A stretch of 63,477 bases of DNA, filler included, from Octopus bimaculoides (GCF_001194135.2; 5 parts of 4 records of this genome joined end to end with filler, not necessarily neighbours in it); one strand, 5' to 3'. Positions 13,621 to 27,019 are shown, numbered from the whole stretch's first letter. Numbers and translations are program-made. Notes: generated from the sequence alone by a model not told the origin.

Positions 13621-13845
13621 TTATTTCTTTACTGTCCACAGGGGGCTAAACACAGAGGGGACAAACAAGGACAGACAAAGAGATTAAGTGGATTACATCG
13701 ATTCCATTGCATAACTGGTACTTATTTAATCGACCTCGAGAGGCAAAGTCGACCTCGGCAGAATTTGAACTCAGTACGTAATGGCAAACCAAATACCGCT
13801 AAGTATTTCGCCCGGCATGCTAACGACTCTGCCAGCTCGACGCCC
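13621..13845 (-). mobile_element. SINE family 1 copy, full length
   Basis: Reverse complement of head, body and tail of 4887-5117. Confidence 0.85.
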
Positions 13846-16800
13846 TAATGAGTAAAATATATTAAAAAACGTTTTGCTTATCACAAGTTTTAAACACTTA
13901 ACAATTATTTATTCAATAAATTTACGCGAAAAGAAGGCAAATCAATGAAGTACCCTTCATGTTGTCACTTCATCTGAAAGGAAAGGTACCCAAATTATAC
14001 TGAAATCACGCGAGTATCACAATGAAAGGAAGGACAGAGTAGATAATGTAATTTTTGATTCACTGTGTCTGTTTTCTGAGGCTAAAAACAATGACATAAG
14101 CGAAGAAAAATAAGGATTAGATTTCAGAGCCGGATTTCTAATCATGAGAGTTGCAGCTGCATGAATCTATTAGTGTAGCATGTAAATATAAAATACACAT
14201 GCAATAATACATTCCCAGATATATTATGACTGAAGATTACAAGGGGGCGGTTAAGGCAGAGAAACATTCGATCAAGGATTAGTACGATTTGTGTGATTAG
14301 TACGACTAGTATTTTATCCCCATGTAAGGATAAACAAAAACTTAAATACTTGTTCCTAATGTTACATAATATTTTACTGTAAATATGCAACAATTTAAGC
14401 ACAAGATTAACGACAGCAACCTCACCGGTCCCCACTTGAAAAAGTCAGGAGGGCTATTCTTTCTTTCAGACTCAGTTATTAAAAAAAGGAAAAGTACTGG
14501 GATAGGTTTCATTTCTACAAACAGTGAAGATATTATTCCATTACTGACTAAAGAACATCTCTTAACTCATTAACGAGAATACCTTCGCATTCTAAGACAG
14601 TCATCTGAATCAAAGAGGAGTTGTAAATAAAGTGATATTGTGAAGGATTAATTAGGAATTATGTTTAATTAATAGTCACCACATCGCCAGTATTCTAGAA
14701 TTACCTGTCAGTTTTTGGCATTTATTCACTGAACTGTAAGAAATGGATGAAAGCGAATTACACAATAATTAAACGTCTATTAAGTTATTCAAGGTCACAT
14801 AGTAGAAGTTCATTGTAGTCAGAGTTGGCTACAGTCTAATCACAAATGCTGTTTGCATTATCAAAATAGAAAATAAACACGTTAATTCTGATTATGTAAT
14901 TAGGTTAGAGTGTGTAGTTACAGAGATGAACATTTCACATCGTTACCTTTCTGGTATTAAAATTCAAATATTGTATTCCCTCTTACGATATATCAATTCT
15001 GATTACTTAAGCGTTTTAGACAAAAATACAGGCCGGAGTTTTGTAGAATATTTAGAAATATTGATCATTGTTTCAATAAAGCTTGCTATTGTAGAGTGCT
15101 AACGTTTATTCTTATGTCAGTAATGAGAATGCAAAATCCAATACCCAAACTATTTATTAACTACCTGCTAACTATTCATTAACTAACCACACAATACAAT
15201 GGATAAATTAAGGCTGATTTATTAACTTACTTGTTTTCCAAACATTTCATCTCCTATCTTGCCACAAATGAACCGAAGAGTGAAATTGAATGCAAACATA
15301 TAGTGGGATTTTATTAATAATTATCAAAGAATACCAAGTGATCATTATCAATTTTATGAGATACTATAGTGGTTATAATAAACAAAAGGAGTTGTTAAAG
15401 TTGTTATTTTAAATTTGAAGTGATAAGATAAGCCAACAGGTTTCAATTACCGTTTTGAATAGGTTTTATCTTAAAATGCACATCAAATCTTCCAACGAGT
15501 TTAATTCCTAGTTCATACAATTTCATTTAAATTATAATATCGATAACCATACGATAATCACCAAGGTCAAAATGTTTTCTTTCATCTTCCCAATGATTTT
15601 AAAATATTCGTGTAAGAGGTAAACAAATCCATAATCACACTTTAATCTATGGTATAATTTTTCCTGCACCTCACAAATTTTTCTGGAACTGGATGGGTAC
15701 CACTTTGACTACATGCACCACTAAAACATAAACTCAACACCTAGTTGCTCTCCGACACACCTGTATTTATTCAATGTCAGCTTCACGTTATACATTCTAA
15801 TTTCGAAATATAGCAAATGCAAGAGGGTATAATCCAGCTAACGCAGCAGTCATCATTCTCTCACCAGAAATTCAACAAAACCTTCTAACTCCTCTGAACA
15901 AAAGTCATCTATTTCACTCCTCTCAAATTATTTTGTCTGTATCGCTGTGTGAAGTTCTTTGTCGACCATGAATTTTTTCAGCTTTCGCAAACCCGGCGTC
16001 GAAGACATCATATGTAGCTGAAATAGTTGAAGCTGATAGTTTACAACACCTCCTGGCTTTTCCATCCCTCATGCACTGCAGTTTTGAATTCACAAACCAA
16101 ATTCTTTGCTATTCTGAAATATCTGCGGCAGTAAATTACACCCGCTTACTTGAATCCTCACGAATCATAAACATTCTAATACTTTTGACCCCTTTCTCAC
16201 CTCCAAACCTAATTTTTACAAAACGGCAACTTTCTCTGCGTATTGTAAATCATCATATTGTATTTCGTTAGGAAATTAGGACTATGAATATCATTTCAAT
16301 ACCTTTAGAAGATAGATAAATCGACCGATTCCATTGCATATAACACCTCAAGATTTGCTTACGTCTCTTTCCTAAGATGCTGAATTAATAGTATAAGTTT
16401 ACATAGTTTGATCTTTAAGTCAAGACCGAAAAGTAGTGCCCATGACATTTTATAGAACCTACTAGACAAGTAGGTGAGTGAGTCCTGACCGAAAGGCCTT
16501 CAACGGAGCAAACTATGCGGGGTAGCCTGACTTATAAACGCTAAGATACACCAAACTGTCCCACTTTTCAGTCATGCTGCTCATTGCATTCGGTTTTTCC
16601 AAGATGATTTACGAAATCCTGGTACGTGTTGTTTAAATGCGCAGAATTATTAACGGACACTGATGAATATTTATTACCATTTCTAAAACTAACATTTTTA
16701 GGATTTCTTTGCGATGAAATTATTTCGAATGCTCTGCTTTATAATCTCTAAATTGTTTCACATCTAGACTACTTATACCAGTGCAGTTAACCAAGGATTT

Positions 16801-17688
16801 GTCTTTCTCAAAATATTGTGCAAATCCTTTTTTTATATTTCGATAACATAAAATATTAAAACTGTCAAATCCTTTAAGCTTCAATATATGTAAACCATTC
16901 GATATTTAGCTATTGTATTAATAACCAATCTTTATTGTTGTATTTTCTGGTATCATTTCATTCCTACATCTATTAAACCACAAATAGATTCAGGTTTATC
17001 TTCTGTGCAAATTTTTTTAATGTAATTTGTATTTGAATTTGTAACTGTTTTTTGTTCTTTTAAATAGGTGTCAAATAATCAAATACAGATACACAGCAAA
17101 ATAATAACTATGTTTTACTTTTGAAGGGGATTTGTAATAGTAAAAAATATATTTCTATCCCATTCAATTTATCTTTAATAAAATGTATGACACGAATTCA
17201 GCGAAATGCTTCAATATGTCTAATACAGACCACAAATTCATGTTAAAAATTTGACTACTTAGAATTTTAGGAATATGAATCAGTGTGTGTATTTGTGAAG
17301 CTATTTTCTCTTCAACATTACCGTTTATATTTGTCAGGAAAACGTTATCTAAAGAAACCGAGCACACAGGCGTATAAATAGATGAGCCACTCATGAATAT
17401 TTGTAAGGAAGAAAATAGGTAAATTGAGATATTAAATATGAAACCTGTTAGTATAAGCTCACAAATACTTTTCAGATATTGACTCTACGATGGTGAAGTA
17501 TCAGGTTTTGTTCACTTTATATTCAAGTTTTACTTATAATTAATAGTGGAAGAATAGTGGAAGTTTATTCACGTTGTTGTTTAACTTTTAGGGATCATAT
17601 ATATGGTCAACTAGTTCAGTCACAGCCAAACTAATATATTTTCAAAACATTAGATACTATTACATAGTTATATGTGACCCTGATTTTT

Positions 17689-17768
17689 TAAAATGGTAAT
17701 GTGTGCTTTGAATTTCTAAAATGGTAGTGTGTGCTTTGAATTTCTAAAATGGTAGTGTGTGCTTTGAA
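17689..17768. repeat. 28-bp tandem repeat, about 3 copies
   Basis: taaaatggt(a/g)(a/g)tgtgtgctttgaatttc at 17689, 17717 and 17745. Confidence 0.9.
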
Positions 17769-19199
17769 GGCGATTTCATTTCTAGCAGCGATCACATAGA
17801 TTACATGTTGGTTAAACGAATTATTCTTTTCAGATATAGGTAATATAAAGTGCTGCAAGAAACATTTATATTTACTTGTCTTATTGCAATAACTCAATAG
17901 TACTGTTGAATGAGAAAATAGATGTGACAAATAAACTGGTTAAATACGAGCCTGAAGGAATATAAAGATATCATTAACAGGGACAGTGTCACAGACTCAT
18001 CTGCACAGAAGATTGACTTAACACACCGTCTTTCACTCGAGCAATATGTACGTAGTTTAGTTTATGGTCGATGACGTAGAGACTATATGACAAAGAAACG
18101 TACTCGATTATTGAGGTCTAATTAAAGCTTGTTCAACAGGATGATATCAAGATAAAGTTCTGAATCCAGATAAAATGTAGAGTCAATTATCTACGTAGGA
18201 TCGAGTATTTTCTGCATTGCAATAAAAGTATTGATTAATTAGAAAGAATTGATACATAAAACTTAGATTTTAACTCTGAAAAGTAATTTTTGTATTGAGG
18301 TTGTAAGTATCATATTTCAAAATTATGCATTTCATAGATAGTAAAAACAACACTTCGGAAACAACAGAATCTACAGAAATATACATAAAATACAATATGC
18401 ACATAATTTCTAATCTTCAATTTTTGTTTCGTTCCAAATCTTTGTTTAGGAGTTCATCGTTTGCTTAATGTTTCTGTGGCTCACATATTAATTAACCAAC
18501 CATATTCCGTTATCATACTCACATTCTAACTCCTTTATACCATCTTTTAAATTCTTGATAGTCTCACAGAACCTTATACACTCTTTGGTGACTGAGTGTC
18601 AAATATGAAACATAAATTATATTTATGATCCATGTTGCAATCGCACTATTTTAATGCCTCGCAATTTCTTTCTAATGAGTATCCTACTGATTGCAAAAAA
18701 TCTTTAAAATTACAGCCTTCAAGGTCGTTCATCGTAGGTGTCAGATTCTGTATCAAAAATCAATTTTCACATGTTCCTGATGTCAAGTTGAAATTTGATA
18801 TGTGAGCACGTTCTGTTTCAGTTTGTCGTCACATAAATCAATGTAACTTTAGCAACAATATATAAAACAGGTTCTATCTTTTGATAGAGCTATGAAAATT
18901 GCTTCATTAATACAAGCTTAATATGAAACAGTTTGACAAAATATATACGCCTTCGCCAAACTAAATCTCAAGTGTGAGATTTTTTTTATTTCGTCATTTC
19001 CTTCTGAATCCAGTGGATTCTTCTATCCCATGCAGTGACAAATCTAGGACTGAGGTATATGCACAGGACTTTCACATTTCTATTTATAAAGTAAAACAGT
19101 TAATCGCAGTTGATTTTCTAAGACGATTTCGAGATTCCATTTTACACAGAATTACTAACTGACATTCATGAATATTTAAGATGTACAGCTTTCAGTGTT

Positions 19200-19650
19200 C
19201 TTTCGAAATGAATGTATAAGTAGTTTCATTCTTCTACATTATTTCTATCGTGTTCTATGATTAACATAGTTACGCTACTACATTAAACCAAAGATCCATC
19301 TTCGCCGAAACTTTGTGCAAAGCATTTTTGTCTAATTCGAGATTTAAAGAAATTTGTACCTCTATTATTTGATCGTTATCCCTTGAGCTTTGCAGTGGGA
19401 GCTGTTATTGAATCATTAAGTTCCTCAATAGAAAATAGTTTGGTCTCATTGCATGAACACAGTTCTTCAAATTCTTTGTAGACCACTACATGGTACTCCA
19501 CACTGATTCCATAAAGAATATCAAGAAGAATAGGAATGGATAGATCTTGTTTATGGTATACAGATTTTATAGTTGATGGAAGATTAGAGTCTTGATATTT
19601 TGTCTTCAAATTGGAGAGAGTTATGCTATAGGCATAGGTTCCTTATATAT
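19200..19650 (-). mobile_element. Possible decayed DNA-transposon coding relic
   Basis: ORF 19376-19609 (LYGISVEYH..CNETKLF) plus frameshifted DNDQN; weak recalled resemblance to invertebrate transposases; superfamily not assigned. Confidence 0.2.
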
Positions 19651-22072
19651 CATGAGAATATCAAAAGTATGGATCTTCATACATTTAACCCATTGTTTTA
19701 TTTTCTACACAAAAATGAGGATGTTAGAGACTTAATTTTTGTGCTGGTTGCAAGAGTTACGCCAAAATGAGTGCATTTGGTTTAACAAAATCGTTATGTT
19801 CTCACTAATTTTCATGTACATCTCCCTCATATGTAACAAAAAAAGTCAGAAAATATTCACAGATCTTTTGACGATGTAATATGATCGATAAAAGTATACA
19901 AGAATTTCTTTTTTTTTTTAACAAATAACAAAAGTACAGCGTTAGAATATATCTACATCTTGATATTACAAAATACTTAATTCAAACATGTCCTGACGAT
20001 TTTACATTACAGTAGTCCCAGGTTCAGCTGGTTTCTCCTTGCAGTAACTGATGTAGGCCCTTCTCATGGGTTACGGCTTACTCAGTCGACTTCGAAATTT
20101 TGGGCTGGCATCAGGCATAGTCATTTCCAAGCCTGTGAAGAGACAGGTGGTATGGAGTACATGACAAGCTAATTGCGACAGAAACAATGTGTAGATTCAA
20201 CCATTCGTTGTTACCTGGCGTTTCATTGGGATCGAAATGAATTAAGACAAAGACATTCAAACACATTAACATTGTATTATTTACTTATGGGTGTTACCAT
20301 TGAGCGCATTTTGCTCATTTCGGGTATTTAATCATAGTGAAATATGCGAAATGTAATTCATTTTCAAATTCAAAAGCCAGACGAGAATAGCTATCACATG
20401 AATTAAAAAGAAAAGCTAAATGCATACCAGTAATGAATTATAATTTTTTGACGAGAAAACCGAGTAAGTTACCTACATATTTGAAGTGAAGGGGATTCAC
20501 ATAAATACATTTTAACGATACTGTTAAGTACGTAACCTACCTACCTTAAACACATTATCATATATCTAAATCGTACAGCTTTTAGGGAGTAATTAGAATA
20601 ATGGCAACCTTGTATGTGACTTTCATCAAAGATATATTGAAACACTATTATGAGCCAACAAAAGAAATGACCAAAGCAGTCTCCTTCCTAGCACTAACGC
20701 GTAAGGAAATATGAATCCAGGGTATGGCTACGTTAGGAAAGCATATAATCATGCTTACTCGAGCAAGACCGGCATGGGAATAAACAGGGTTAATAACACG
20801 TATTAAAATTATCAAAAGAAACCAGATTCCTAATGACTACTTTTTAGAGTTGGAAATATATCTTTCTTTAGACTCGAACCAGTATAGTTGGAAATGATCA
20901 TTCAACGATAGTATGTTCTGAATATTTTACTTTATTAATTTACCATTTCGATTCCACCCGAAATTGTTCAACTTTTGTTATTCTAAATAACTGCTGTTTC
21001 ACTTGATAATATACGCATCATATTATGCTGTATTCTAATGTTTAGTGTGAGATAACGGTATTTATTTGAATGGATACACAGTGTGTATTAAAGAGAGAAA
21101 AAATAACACACATTTATCTTTTTGCATTACTCCCAGCATGAATACGGAACAAAGACATTGTACAATAAACAGAGAAGCAAACGTTTGAAAATAGACAGGT
21201 GTAAATACTCACATCTGGAATACTTGTTCAATATTGTCGAAAGTTTGAAATGTGTAGGGAAAAAATCATTGCACACTAATGATTACCCACTAAATTGATT
21301 ATCCAGCACAACTTAAACAGAGTTCATTGAGAAAAAACATTATGTCCTAATGATTAACTCCTACATTCAGCTATCCAGTATCTCTTCTATTCCTAACAGT
21401 CATCTTTCATACCACATATTATACCGCGAAGCGTTTTGTAAAGTGATACAGAAAGTCCGCACACATATTTAAAATTTATGTTTGCAGTTTATTAGGTAAG
21501 GTGTGTCAGATTTGTTGCTCTATCCTTCCTCTGCTACATGACTTTTAGTAACCGTATGTGTTAGAACACAGAGCGTTTTTTCCCTCTCTGTTCATGATAC
21601 TTATTCATGTATTAAACTATTACTTAATATTATATTACAAAATAATAAAGGTAATATTTTAAAAAAGACTTGGCATTGTGGATTAAGGTTAGTTAAAATT
21701 TAGCTTTATGCTTGATTCTGTCTAGCATTTAAAATGTTTCAATAACAGATGACGAGCTGCATTAAACCAGAAGCAAAATATTTTCAAAGTCTCCATCATT
21801 AATCCGTGTTCTTATGTTTCAACTATTTCAGTATTCAGAAATAGTTTTTATTTGTATAAATATTGCCGAAAATTTAACGTTTGTACGGAAGAAACATTGC
21901 GTCCTAACGATTACCCACTACATTTGATTTTCGAGCACCACTTCTAGTCTTAATATTCATCTTTAACTTCATATATTTTAGTGGAGCTTGTAGAATCCTT
22001 GATGTAGACCATAGAGTGCACTTTTTTTTACCGAAACGTTTCTATAAAGTGATTCTAGGAATCCGCACACAT

Positions 22073-22663
22073 CTATCTGAAATTTGAGTTTGCAGTTTGT
22101 AGGATAAGTTGTATCAGATTTGTTGCCCCATTTTCTGCAGTTGAGATAAATTTCAAGTTCAAGAAATTATTTCTGACAGAATTCTGGCATTGATACAATT
22201 TCTGCAGGAAATCTGTATTTACAAACATTTCAATAGGATCTACTTGAAACATGCATGGTAAGCTATCCATTTCGACATGAAAGGGAATATTAAATGGCTT
22301 GAACATACCTGAGTGTGTGGAAAAACCAGCAGAGCCGGAGAAAAACTTAGTTCTCAAATATATTACTTTAACGTACCTTTTGGAAACAACACGACGTCTC
22401 AATCTAAGCTGCCTGGATGTTGGGTAAACTTTATAAACAATCCATAAGTACTTGCCAATGGATGTCTGCTGCTTGGAAATCATTATGTCATTTACTGTTC
22501 CACATCTAAATACATTGGCACAAGAAAATGGAACGATATGAGAATACATGTCTTTGCTCCGATATGGTTCCAAGCCACTCATATTTATGCATTTATGCAA
22601 CGAAATATCATACAATTTCCTTTCGGAAATATTAGAATGTATTCTTCTTGTCGTTTTGCCAGT
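22073..22663 (-). CDS. Unassigned 196-codon open frame; candidate exon or ORF of unknown product
   Basis: Longest non-repeat, non-gap ORF in the window; ATG at 22582; donor-like CAG|GTATGT at 22309/22308; no domain recognised. Confidence 0.3.
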   Translation of the reverse strand, partial: TGKTTRRIHSNISERKLYDISLHKCINMSGLEPYRSKDMYSHIVPFSCANVFRCGTVNDIMISKQQTSIGKYLWIVYKVYPTSRQLRLRRRVVSKRYVKVIYLRTKFFSGSAGFSTHSGMFKPFNIPFHVEMDSLPCMFQVDPIEMFVNTDFLQKLYQCQNSVRNNFLNLKFISTAENGATNLIQLILQTANSNFR

Positions 22664-22829
22664 TTATGCGCTATGAACTTGTGACAGACGGAAATTCTCA
22701 GAAGAATCATGAAATATTGTGTAATAACAACGATAAAAATCCTTGAAAATTAGAGATGAAGACAAGCATACACATGTATGAATATGCTACACGAACATAT
22801 TCATATACATACATATATATATATATGTG

Positions 22830-22875
<46 letters not shown>

Positions 22876-23378
22876 CATATATATATGTGTGTGGGTATGT
22901 ATGTATGTATATGTATATATACATCAATGTAGCTCACCCTTAAGAATAAAAACCACCAAGATACAAACCTGATGACGTTCAAATGCACTAATGGCTAAAT
23001 TCTAACCACCAATACTCAATACTGCATAAACACAATTCTTGATTTAAATCAGCATACAGAAATACCCTACACAATAAAATGGTATCAGTACACGGTGCGA
23101 CACCCTTCCAAATCTTGAAGGTGAACTTGAGTGAGGAGACGTACATGAAAATGAAACTGGCAATTTTAGATTCGAAATAAAATCTACAACCGCCTGACGC
23201 GTAGACAGTAAAGACACATAAAACATTAAATTAGAACATGTGTTTCTATATATCAAGTATAATCTAAACTATTGCCAATATACACAAATATACACATAAG
23301 CATGCATACATACATACATGCATACACACCCATACATACAAATAGACATATATACATACATACACACATACATACATA

Positions 23379-24390
23379 ACTGTCGAAAGGCATCCCCCGT
23401 CCAAATTTGCATACATGAGGCTGATAACATCTTAAGGCTTGGAAGGAAGCACCTTGAGCAGCATTTTTTCTCTGATAACCTTAAATATATGCGCAAAAAT
23501 GTCGCACGACTCTACTGCAACTTATCATCAGAAGTAAGGATGGGCGTATATCAGCAGAAGACAATGCATAGATATGTTAGTAGAAAGCCCAGAGATAATA
23601 GTAACATTGATCATCAAAGCTGTCTATCATGGACCAACAACTAAATATCAACCAAATACCTGATGCACAAAAGGGACAGAGATGCAGAAAAAGCAGTAAA
23701 ATGTGACAACCGATGCAGACTTAGTGGAGTTAACACCGAAGATATCACTCACATCACAATCGGTTGTCCGAATATGTTATCCTAGTGTTATCTACCGATA
23801 AAACATGATATTGTAGCTAGGACACTATATTATGAAATCCGTCGGAAATAGAGCCCTGAGGACAAGGAAATAAGAACGCACAGTATGGTGGAAGCCATAG
23901 CGACTAATTATAAAAAGGAGTACTGGTGGAATACCCCAGGGAAAATCTTAATAAAATGTAAACACAACAGTCCTGAGATAAAGATTTGGAATAGAGAAGA
24001 GAAAGTGTGTACATTGGTGGAAATCGGTTGCCCAGCGGATGCTAACATAAAGCTGAGGATCAGTGAAAAAGAGAATACCTACGTTGAACTATTAAGAAAT
24101 CTGCAGCTACTCTATCTAGATTACAACTTCAGGTTTATACCTGTAATTATTGAAGCACTGAGACATGTAACCCACAGCCTAAATACCAATCTTGAGAAAT
24201 TAGGTTTTTCAAAACCAGTAAGGAGAAAGCTGATTCGAAGACTACAGATTCAAGTCATCACTGAAACTATAAAAATCAGTAAAACTTTCCAGACATTTAT
24301 AATTTAAGTATATATGAACATGTCTAGATAGATATGCAAGTATATCCATGAGAAGACATACATAAAACAAAACATACGAATCTGCACCTA
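23379..24390 (+). mobile_element. 5'-truncated RLE non-LTR retrotransposon (family A), about 1 kb
   Basis: Post-RT region (YQQKTMHRYVSRK), degenerate CCHC knuckle, RLE motif HNSPEIKIWNREEKVCTLVEIGCP, C-terminus IPVIIEAL..KTFQTFII*; CATA repeats at 23290-23378 and 24391-24445. Confidence 0.85.
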
Positions 24391-24539
24391 TACATACATA
24401 CATACATACATACATACATACATACATACATACATACATACATACGTTTGTTTTGTGATAAGGTTTGTAAGTCGGGAATTTAGATCTAGGGAAACAACTA
24501 GAAATTCGACTTTGGACAGGGTAATGGTATAGTGATTTT

Positions 24540-24950
24540 GGTCTGCTGCACCAGACCAAAGCCTTCCCACCAGAAATTACCAAAAACATTTAATGTAAAG
24601 AAACATAACCAGTAACTGCAGAATATGTGGCGATGGACAAGAAACAATAAATCATATTATCTCTGGCTGCCCGGTCTTGGCTAAGAGGGAATATATTCAC
24701 AGACACGACAGAGCTGGGACCTACATACACTGGAAGCTATGCCAACACGATGGAATAACAACGGAAAAATATGTTAAAGGCACACGCCAGAAAAGGTCAC
24801 AGAAAACGAGAAAGCAACTCTGGGATATGCCAATGCACACAGATAGAGAAATTAAGGCCAATAGGCCAGATATAGGTCAGAGATCATGAAGAAAAATATG
24901 GTTTCTAATTGATGTATCAATACCAGTAGATGACAACGTTTCCCTAAAGG
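24540..24950 (+). mobile_element. Internal fragment of a second RLE (R4/Dong-like) LINE
   Basis: AAPDQSLPTRNYQ..CRICGDGQETINHIISGCPVLAKREYIHRHD..WDMPMHTDREIKANRPDI. Confidence 0.85.
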
Positions 24951-24992
24951 CGTTAGAATCTGTGCAAAGAAAATAAAATAATAATAATGATC

Positions 24993-25197
24993 CTTTCTAC
25001 TATAAACATAAGGCGTGAAATTTGGGGTGGGGAGTGGGCTAGCCGATTACAACGACCCGAGTGGTCTACAGGTACTTATTTCATCAATCCCGAAAGGATG
25101 AAAGGGGAAGTTGACCTCGGCGGAATTTGAACATAGAGATGGACGAAATGCCGCTAAGCATTTTTCCGGACGTGCTAACGATTCTGCTAGTTCTCTG
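24993..25197 (-). mobile_element. SINE family 1 variant
   Basis: gacctcggcggaatttgaac...gaaatgccgctaagcat is the reverse complement of the family 1 head and body. Confidence 0.8.
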
Positions 25198-25204
25198 TCT
25201 TTTA

Positions 25205-25250
<46 letters not shown>

Positions 25251-25251
25251 G

Positions 25252-25312
<61 letters not shown>

Positions 25313-25313
<1 letters not shown>

Positions 25314-26851
25314 CTCACAGCATGGGGAGATATGCTGGGAGAGGTTAATATCAAAAGAGGAATCACTAAAGGGAACAGTTTGTCGCCTCTCCTACTGCCA
25401 CCAACCGTACTGCCACCAGCTAGCGCTTTAAGAAAGATGCGTGTGAGGTACATGCTAGGCAGGGTGAAAGTAAACAACCTATGATTTATGGATGACCTAA
25501 AGCTATTCGCTAAGACTGAGAAAGAAATTGAGTTTGATGGCAACTGTGCAGATACTTAGCAAAGATATTGCCATAGAATTTGGGATCGAGAAATGTGATG
25601 CAATGATTCTGAAAAATCAGTAAAAGCCAAGGGATCAAGCTGGAAAGGAAGTTGGAGATGACGTATCTAAGTACCCGGGCATCATTGAAAGAGATAAGGT
25701 GAGTGAACACAAGATAAAGAAATGTACAGGAAAGAGTATTAGATAATTCGGCTTGTGCCCCACTCGAAGCTAAATGGTTGCTATAAAATTAGAGTAGTTA
25801 ACACGTGCGCGGTCACTTTGATGAGATATGGGACAGGAATTGTATCTTGGAAGAAGCATGAATTACAAGAGATAGACCGGAGAACACATAAGTTAATGAC
25901 AGCGAACAAGGTACTACACTCCAAGAGTGATGTATCAAGATCGTATGCAAAAACGAAAGGAGACGGGGTTTGGTGTATTGTGAACGTTATGTACGGGAAG
26001 AGGCGAATAGCCTGGTTTGGCCGGACAAGAACATGCACGGTCAGTTCTTGAAAAATAAAGATGAAATTGATTGGAATAGAACTTGGCAATGGCTGCAGAA
26101 AGGAAACGTAAAAGGGCCGACTGAGGCACTAGTGTGCAGCGCTCAGAACAAACCACTCCAAATATCAAATTGATGAAAGTATTGACTTGCCACAGTGTAG
26201 GATGTGCTATAAGAAGGGATAATGTATAAGCCATATGGTTAGTGAGTGATGTTAGCTCGCATAGCGCGAATACAAAAGGAGACACCACACTGTAGCCAGA
26301 TAGATATGTCCACTGGCTGTTGTGCGATGAAGCTTAGCTCGAGAGAGCCCAACAACGGTATGAACGCAAGCCAGAGGAAGTAATGGGAAACGAAAAATAC
26401 AAAATACTCTGGGATTGTAACATGCAGTGCGACCAAGTCATAGAGGTAAGGCGACCAGATATCATGCTCATCCATAAAGATGAAAAAGAAGTAAAAATAA
26501 TAGATGTTGCAATGCCAGGCGATTCGAGAGTGAAATGTAAGGAAACAGAAAAGATTGAGAAATACCAGCCACTGCAGGACGAGATAGGAAAGTTATGGGG
26601 CATAACGAAAGTAATGGTGATACCGATGGTAATTGGAACATTAGGAGCAGTTTCCAAGGGTTTTGAAAAAACATGTTAAGAATATTGGAGTCACTGTCAG
26701 GCTCGAGGTGAACCAGAAGACAGCATTGTTGGGTGCAGCTCGCATTCTAAGGAGAGTATTGTCTCTTTGAGTCACAGGAGAAGGCACTTCCCTGCTTTCA
26801 AGTAAAGAATAACCGGTAATTAAGAACTATCCGTGAATCTTTCACACTAGC
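25313..26851 (+). mobile_element. 5'-truncated Dong/R4-like RLE LINE in (TAA)n
   Basis: RT motifs RGITKGNSLSPLL and FMDDLKLF (FMDD at 25485-25496); KLNGCYKIRVVNTCAV; RLE WDCNMQCDQVIEVRRPDI..IIDVAMP; C-terminus LLGAARILRRVLSL*; (TAA)n at 25252-25312 and 26852-26919. Confidence 0.9.
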
Positions 26852-26919
<68 letters not shown>

Positions 26920-27019
26920 NNNNNNNNNNNNNNNNNNNNNNNNNNNNNNNNNNNNNNNNNNNNTTAATTAATTAANNNNNNNNNNNNNNNNNNNNNNNNN
27001 NNNNNNNNNNNNNNNNNNN

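Noticed and set aside
15300-16300. Coding-like composition suggesting a decayed element
   Set aside because: No motif could be matched convincingly.
9068-20965. Shared 13-mer ttccacccgaaat (9069 and 20952) and shared ATGAGTGGCT starts (17394 and 22582)
   Set aside because: No flanking homology; matches this short are expected by chance.
26920-27019. TTAATTAATTAA islands inside N runs (26964, 38032, 59248, 61673)
   Set aside because: In the gaps I counted they sit in 44 N + 12 bp + 44 N = 100 bp, with stops in all frames. This is a scaffolding spacer, not biology.
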